NCBI GenBank assembly: GCA_048881705.1
Contig: JBHLSH010000002.1
Span: 1 to 64,000, forward strand
DNA: 64,000 nt
Source: Candidatus Heimdallarchaeota archaeon
Lineage (GTDB): Archaea; Asgardarchaeota; Heimdallarchaeia; Hodarchaeales; Hodarchaeaceae
Direction of reading: 5' to 3'
The notes beneath the pieces were generated by a model. That model was given only the letters and a program-made list of their open reading frames with translations. It ran no database searches and was not told the DNA's origin. The translations under genes were made by a program, and so were the position numbers. How positions within the stretch are numbered: position 1 is the first letter of the stretch; each line of letters opens with the position of its first letter. Shown here piece after piece: positions 58,347-64,000 of the stretch.

Positions 58347-60422
58347 ATGGCAAACGAAGATAGACCCGTATATCCCCATACAGAGCAGATCCCTGTAACA
58401 AACACTCTCCATGGGATTGAAATTACCGATAATTATCAATGGCTTGAAGATACCGAAAGTGAAGCAGTTAAAAACTGGATTACAAATCAGAATATCTTTT
58501 CCAAACCCTATCTCGACAATATCCCAGTTCGTGAGGATATTCGGGAACGAATTCAGGAACTTTATGAATTCGAGCAGATTTTGGATGTAATTGAACGGGA
58601 GAATGGCTGGTTTTTTCGAAAGAAACATGTGGATAAACAACAACCCGTCCTATACTTCCGTTCAAAGAAAAATCCAACACACGATCAGGTCTTGATAGAC
58701 ATTAATGTGCGCGACCCTTCTGGTTTAACAACAATAGACTACGTGTATCCATCGCATGACGGAACATTGATGGCGTATGGCCTTAGCAAGGGAGGTGATG
58801 AGTGGTCAACCCTGTATCTTATGAATGTTACAACAGGACAGGATTTTGGGGAAAAAGAATCCATTAAACGTGCTAAATATTCGTATGTTTCCTGGAAAAA
58901 GGACAAAACGGGATTTTATTATACACGATTCTTTAATCCTGGAGAGGTACCTAAAGGAGAGGAGAATTTTCATTCACATATTCGTTTTCATAGCTTGGGA
59001 AGCGATCCGGATCAGGATCCCATAATATTCAGACATGCAAAAGAACCAACTGCATATCCTGATTATGTGCTATCCCCTGATGAAACGTATATGGTGGTCT
59101 ATATCTATCGTTTCGTTTCATCAGATCTTCATTTAATAGACCTAGCTAATGATAACCATATGATTCCCATTGTAACAGAAAGTAAATGGCTATTCTACCC
59201 GTATGTGAGTTCTGAGCATATTTATGTTCTCAGCAATTACAGATCACCCAATTATGGCGTTTACCGATTTACTAGGAGTAAACTAAACATCAGTGATTGG
59301 GAAGAAGTTATAGAACCGCGAGAATATGTATTGCAGGACATAAATCTAGTTTATCAAAACATTGTGGCACTTTGGATGCATAATGTAAGCAATAAGCTGA
59401 CTCTGCATGATGTTGATGGAAAAGAAGTCGATAGGATTCCGATTCCAAAGAACGGGTCGATCCAGACTTCCCCTCCAGGAACGATGCTATTTGGGTCATT
59501 AGACGCGGAAAACCTGTTTTTCAATTTTCAGACCTTTCTCCAGCCTCCCATGACCTATCAGTATCACATCCCGTCTCAAACCCTAAGTCGCTTCTTTGAA
59601 TATGACATCCGAATTTCTTCAGATGAATTTGAGGTTACCGAAGAATATTTCGCCTCGAAAGATGGAACCAAAGTCCATATGTTCATTATAAGCCGCCCTA
59701 ATGTCGAAAGGAATAAAAAAAATCCAACATTATTGTACGGGTATGGCGGATTCGGGATCAGTATTGCGCCAACCTACAGCCCAAATATTCTACATTGGGT
59801 AGAAAGAAACGGCGTGATTGCGGTAGCAAACATCCGTGGTGGTGGTGAACATGGTGAAGAGTGGCATCAAGCAGGAATGCTTGGGAGAAAACAAAACGTC
59901 TTTGACGATTTCATTGCTGCCGCTGAATATTTAGTAAAAAGCAATATCTGCTCTCCTGAAACTCTAGGAATGTGGGGTGGAAGCAATGGAGGTCTTCTAG
60001 TAGGAGCAGTTCTCGTTCAACGTCCTGAGCTATTTGCTGCCGTCTATTGTGCTGTGCCACTCCTTGATATGCTTCGTTATCATCATTTCTTGTTGGGAAA
60101 AACCTGGGTTCCTGAATATGGTGACCCAGATAACCCTGATCACTTTCATTGGCTTCATGCATATTCGCCTTATCAGAATGTAAACCCCAAAGGAACCTAT
60201 CCTTCAGTGTTGTTCAAAACAGCTACGAATGATAGTCGAGTGGATGCTAGTCATGCGTTTAAAATGGCAGCGTTAATGCAGAGTCTTTCATCCACATCCG
60301 AACCTATTCTATTAAAGGTAGACACAAGCGCTGGACATGGCGTGGGGCGATCCCTCACTAAACTTGTGAATGATAGTACTGATCTTTTGACATACTTTTA
60401 CTGGCGATTAGGGGCACAATAG
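58347..60422 (+). CDS. Prolyl oligopeptidase (S9A)
   Basis: DNYQWLED, beta-propeller region, LYGYGGF, NIRGGGEHG, catalytic GGSNGG, DSRV, AGHG. Confidence 0.95.
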   Translation: MANEDRPVYPHTEQIPVTNTLHGIEITDNYQWLEDTESEAVKNWITNQNIFSKPYLDNIPVREDIRERIQELYEFEQILDVIERENGWFFRKKHVDKQQPVLYFRSKKNPTHDQVLIDINVRDPSGLTTIDYVYPSHDGTLMAYGLSKGGDEWSTLYLMNVTTGQDFGEKESIKRAKYSYVSWKKDKTGFYYTRFFNPGEVPKGEENFHSHIRFHSLGSDPDQDPIIFRHAKEPTAYPDYVLSPDETYMVVYIYRFVSSDLHLIDLANDNHMIPIVTESKWLFYPYVSSEHIYVLSNYRSPNYGVYRFTRSKLNISDWEEVIEPREYVLQDINLVYQNIVALWMHNVSNKLTLHDVDGKEVDRIPIPKNGSIQTSPPGTMLFGSLDAENLFFNFQTFLQPPMTYQYHIPSQTLSRFFEYDIRISSDEFEVTEEYFASKDGTKVHMFIISRPNVERNKKNPTLLYGYGGFGISIAPTYSPNILHWVERNGVIAVANIRGGGEHGEEWHQAGMLGRKQNVFDDFIAAAEYLVKSNICSPETLGMWGGSNGGLLVGAVLVQRPELFAAVYCAVPLLDMLRYHHFLLGKTWVPEYGDPDNPDHFHWLHAYSPYQNVNPKGTYPSVLFKTATNDSRVDASHAFKMAALMQSLSSTSEPILLKVDTSAGHGVGRSLTKLVNDSTDLLTYFYWRLGAQ

Positions 60423-60482
60423 AAATCTAGATAGGAGATATCTTAGCGGCCGGATTTTTTTAACCCTTGTGTTTTTTGACCA

Positions 60483-61484
60483 ATGACTGGGAGTCAAGTT
60501 GGACTTATGCTGGATTCAATAGATTTAGCGCTACTCTATGAATTACATCAGAAATGCCGTTCGTCATTTTCAGAATTGGCATCTAGGCTTGAACTGCCCG
60601 TACAAGAGATAAAAGACCGAATGAATCGCTATCTTCGTGAACGAATTATTCAGAAGTTCACTGTTGTCCCAACCCCGGCGTTGTTTGGGGCAAAGGAAGC
60701 TGTCGTCCATTTTTCGAGTGCGGATGGAAATCATCCCGAACCAATAGACTTGGATCGGATTACCCTAATGGGGGTTTTTTCACCGGTTACTTTGATTTCA
60801 ACTGGCACTCTTACCGAAGGGTTTGCGATCGTTCATTATCGATCAGAAATCGAACTTGCAGAGGTAGTATCTCATTTTCGTCAGGTTTGCCCCTTCTTTG
60901 CCCAACTAGCCGCATTTCCTGTCCAAGCTTTGACCCATGATGTTCTCAAAAGGCCGAAGAAGAGTCTCCTTGAGTTTGAAAAGGTTGATTGGCTAATTCT
61001 CACCCATCTGCGAGAACAGGGCCGACTCCCATTAGGAGATCTTTCAATAAGGACGCGTTTACCAGTCGAAACTCTCGTCGAACGGTTGGATTTTCTCCGA
61101 ACTCACCAATTAATTGACGAAACGATTTGGCTAAATCCCGCTCTTTCCCACAAAAGGGGCACCTGGACCTTATTTAAGATGGAACTAACTTTTTTTACCT
61201 CCCTTCTTCTGGAAGAACTCGAAGGCGAAATTAAAAGAAATTCCTGTTTTTGGCCTCCTAGTTTTTGGAAAGTGGAAGATCAGAACATCTTGATTTTGGG
61301 ATTCTTTTGTTCTTCTTATACTGAAGTGGAGAAAATCCAGAGTACACTAACGGAGATACCTGGATTGAAGAGTATTGAGAAACTTATGGGAGGAGCCACC
61401 TATTATTTCCAAGACTATCGAGACGAATTGTTGGAAGAAAAAAAGGCACATGGATGGTTTTCTCCTGAACAATGGGTTGTCTAG
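60483..61484 (+). CDS. Tandem Lrp/AsnC-type regulator (two wHTH + effector units)
   Basis: LDSIDLALLYELHQKCRSSFSELASRL and FEKVDWLILTHLREQGRLPLGDLSIRT. Confidence 0.8.
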   Translation: MTGSQVGLMLDSIDLALLYELHQKCRSSFSELASRLELPVQEIKDRMNRYLRERIIQKFTVVPTPALFGAKEAVVHFSSADGNHPEPIDLDRITLMGVFSPVTLISTGTLTEGFAIVHYRSEIELAEVVSHFRQVCPFFAQLAAFPVQALTHDVLKRPKKSLLEFEKVDWLILTHLREQGRLPLGDLSIRTRLPVETLVERLDFLRTHQLIDETIWLNPALSHKRGTWTLFKMELTFFTSLLLEELEGEIKRNSCFWPPSFWKVEDQNILILGFFCSSYTEVEKIQSTLTEIPGLKSIEKLMGGATYYFQDYRDELLEEKKAHGWFSPEQWVV

Positions 61485-61582
61485 TCAAGGTCTTTTTGAA
61501 AAGCAATGTGGAAGGCCAGAAACAAGGAATCAAGGAGAATTTCATCTACTAACAGAAATTCCGACGAGTACAGAATTCCACA

Positions 61583-62917
61583 TTAAGGTTCCTTTTTTGA
61601 TCTAGTTTGAACAATTGAGAAGAGGATGGCCGTAAGGCCTGCTAAAGCCAGCATAAATCCACCAAGCTGAGTAACTTGGGCCAGGGAAAGCCCTTCTTCT
61701 AATAAGAAAGATCCTAGTAATGATCCTATCCCAAAACAAAGAAGACCCACAGATTTAAAAACGCCGATTATGTTTTCTGGTTGGAGATTGTGTTCATGCT
61801 CATGGGAATGTATACCTAAAACGAATCCTGTGCCTTGGGTGAATCCCAGGTCAAGGTGAGCATGTAAATGGCGGTAATTCTGATCTTCAAGCTCAAATGC
61901 CAGCGCTGCCTTGTTTCTTGCTGGCTCAAGAAGGCCTTCAGACAGGCCTGCAAGGAATAAGACACCAAATAAGAGAAAAAGAAGAGTAACTCCTGGATAA
62001 AAAAGAATGATGAACCCTTTTAATATAAGACTTATAACAAGGGGAATAGAATAACCTATTTTATCAATCAGACGTCCTGCCAGGATCTGGCTTAACCCCC
62101 AGGTAAGATCGGCAAAAAAATAACCCAAACTGATACTAGGGGTGTTAAAACCATTTTGATTTAATAAAATCGATAAATTAGGGGTATAAAAGCCGTGTGC
62201 AAAGTCATAAATTCCATATATGAGCGCCAGTAAAAGAACCGCAGGAAGAAACATGAAGTTCTTTATCCATGAGTTAAGGTGGAAATGTGGGAGGGCCCAT
62301 TTTTGCTTTAAGAAAATCTGCTTTTTTTGATCATAACTAGGCAGTAACGGCATAAGCATGCCCCAGGCTAATATAGAAAGGGCAAATCCAATTGCAGCAA
62401 TGATTTGCAAGATTTGAAGGGAAGATAGCATAGGAATTGTTACCTCGATCATTTGCCACCCGATTCCAGCAAGAACCTGACCTATTGCAAGTCCAGAAAA
62501 AACCGAAGCGAACAACCCTCCAAGAACCTCCCCCTGACGTGTGGCAAAGCGAATTGCGATTTTGATCAGAGCCAGGAAATATAAACCGTATGCCATTCCT
62601 TCAAATAACCGCACCCAGACAAAAACGGAAGGTTCTGTCATAAAAGCCATAAGAGATGCAGTACTGAGTGTACATAATCCCGCAATTAAAAAACGGGATC
62701 GAATAGAAACCAACAGAGAGGTTAAAACGAGAAAAACAACAAGTTGGCCAATTGCGAGAATAGAACTCCCTATTGAGACCAAGGAAGTAGATCCTCCCAT
62801 CAAAATTATTTGAAAAGGAAATATAAAACGAAGTGCTCCCAGACTAACATGTAAGAGAAAAATTCCAATACAATAGACTTGTAACCGACGGTCAGTTAAT
62901 AATAACCATGATGACAC
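61583..62917 (-). CDS. MFS transporter with His-rich loop insertion
   Basis: About 12 TM; GRLIDKIGY motif A; loop RHLHAH..GIHSHEHEH. Confidence 0.85.
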   Translation of the reverse strand: MSSWLLLTDRRLQVYCIGIFLLHVSLGALRFIFPFQIILMGGSTSLVSIGSSILAIGQLVVFLVLTSLLVSIRSRFLIAGLCTLSTASLMAFMTEPSVFVWVRLFEGMAYGLYFLALIKIAIRFATRQGEVLGGLFASVFSGLAIGQVLAGIGWQMIEVTIPMLSSLQILQIIAAIGFALSILAWGMLMPLLPSYDQKKQIFLKQKWALPHFHLNSWIKNFMFLPAVLLLALIYGIYDFAHGFYTPNLSILLNQNGFNTPSISLGYFFADLTWGLSQILAGRLIDKIGYSIPLVISLILKGFIILFYPGVTLLFLLFGVLFLAGLSEGLLEPARNKAALAFELEDQNYRHLHAHLDLGFTQGTGFVLGIHSHEHEHNLQPENIIGVFKSVGLLCFGIGSLLGSFLLEEGLSLAQVTQLGGFMLALAGLTAILFSIVQTRSKKEP

Positions 62918-63046
62918 AAGGAATCATTTCCGATCCAAGAAAAGAGCTTGAAATAGGCAGAAAAAGAATCATTTTTTGAAATTGTGATTTGATTCCAAAG
63001 AAACCGATTTGAAAGCCAGTATTTTTTTGCAGGCTACCTCCTCTGA

Positions 63047-64000
63047 TTAATGCGAATCAAACAATACATCAGAAGTTAATGTAATTAGGTCGGCAGCTTC
63101 CATTTGAGAAATTGCGCGTCCATCAGAATCTTGGGTCAAAAAAAGTTTCCAATAACCAGAGTGAAGTTGGTCGTAAACCTTTAGAGCTTCTTTACGTTGT
63201 CCTAGTTCATTGAGAAGAACTCCCTTCAGAAATAAATATGCCTCCAGCATCAGTCCACTGCGGTTAGCCGGTAAATCAGCCAAAAGTTTAATGGATCGTT
63301 TTAAAGCGTCCCCTGCATCTTTGAGGATCCAAAGTCTTAGTGGGTTCGCTGTATCCTTGCCGATTCGATTTACAAATGAAAATTGTTTTACAGAAATCGC
63401 TCGTGGTCGAAAAAAAGCCTCTATAGAAACAGTCATTGAGGCACCACTGAAGAAAATTCGGATTTCTTTTGTGATTTTCAAGCTACGATCTACTAGCAGG
63501 ATTTGAAGTGGGATTTCATCCATTTGAGGAGGAATGGCGGTGATTTTCAACCTAATGGGGTATCTGCCTGCTGCCCTTCTACTGACTTTAAAATCGGAAT
63601 GGAAGTCGGGGCGTGGAACCCCGCGCAAGTAACGGTCGTAAAAGTTTTTTACTTGCCATATATATTCGTCTGGCCATATTTTTTGTGTTGAGCCAGAGGT
63701 CACACCATGAACCCACCACAGTTGGTTTGGACACTTCAAATACATGGCATTATAGTTTTTCCAAATTTCAGTATTGGGAAACGTCTGATCTTCTCGTACG
63801 GCAATCACAAGTGTGGGGCAGGCATGAAGATTATTAACAACAATTTCCTTTTTTTGCCATGTGGTACCCCAAAGAACAGGCCAAAGTACCAAAGCTAGGA
63901 TCAACTTGGTTAACCGAAACGGAATCCCCCTACTGAACTGGAGCGTTCCTGCAATATAATTCCAAACACTTACGGGGCCATCCTCCAGAATCACGGCCCT
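63047..64000 (-). CDS. C-terminal part of an alpha/beta-hydrolase-like protein with additional beta-rich and TPR-like tail (partial)
   Basis: Frame is open to the window edge; CPTLVIAVREDQTFP, LWWVHG..WPDEYIWQVKNFY; tail YLFLKGVLLNELGQRKEALKVY is TPR-like. Confidence 0.55.
   Translation of the reverse strand, partial: RAVILEDGPVSVWNYIAGTLQFSRGIPFRLTKLILALVLWPVLWGTTWQKKEIVVNNLHACPTLVIAVREDQTFPNTEIWKNYNAMYLKCPNQLWWVHGVTSGSTQKIWPDEYIWQVKNFYDRYLRGVPRPDFHSDFKVSRRAAGRYPIRLKITAIPPQMDEIPLQILLVDRSLKITKEIRIFFSGASMTVSIEAFFRPRAISVKQFSFVNRIGKDTANPLRLWILKDAGDALKRSIKLLADLPANRSGLMLEAYLFLKGVLLNELGQRKEALKVYDQLHSGYWKLFLTQDSDGRAISQMEAADLITLTSDVLFDSH

Noticed and set aside
58275-58643. 122-aa minus-strand ORF and the many other 60-150 aa ORFs overlapping annotated genes
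   Set aside because: Antisense or out-of-frame shadows of well-supported CDS, with no motifs
1-64000. CRISPR arrays, tRNA/rRNA genes, IS elements, selenocysteine readthrough
   Set aside because: No regularly spaced repeats, no cloverleaf or rRNA signatures, no transposase motifs and no truncated redox genes ending at TGA were seen by eye; tRNAscan/Infernal were not run

Overview
Gene-dense archaeal chromosome segment of about 40% GC, most likely from an Asgard archaeon (Heimdallarchaeia/Hodarchaeales-like). The lineage is inferred from an actin-type N-terminus, a Rab-like GTPase without a prenylation motif, a tandem Roadblock protein, archaeal type II GAPDH and an archaeal PolB. About 45 CDS can be supported; I found no rRNA, tRNA, CRISPR array, transposase or integrase. 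Most genes are housekeeping or transport. Highlights: (1) an actin-family gene start at the left edge that the ORF track missed, with a perfect 12-bp inverted repeat beside its TATA-like box; (2) a tandem Roadblock / TPR-like+degenerate PD-(D/E)XK / Rab-like GTPase cluster facing a Zn-finger (RING-like)+degenerate PD-(D/E)XK gene; (3) a highly divergent RtcB-fold ligase; (4) a ~1960-aa alpha-2-macroglobulin/thioester protein with a C-terminal membrane anchor; (5) a wHTH / coiled-coil-HTH / MinD-ParA module with upstream repeats; (6) a Pro-rich protein ending in a helix+LKKI (WH2-like) motif; (7) a PC4-like small protein; (8) an MFS-DUF47 fusion; (9) two head-to-head orphan DNA methyltransferases. 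All family calls come from motif recognition by eye; no database searches were run.
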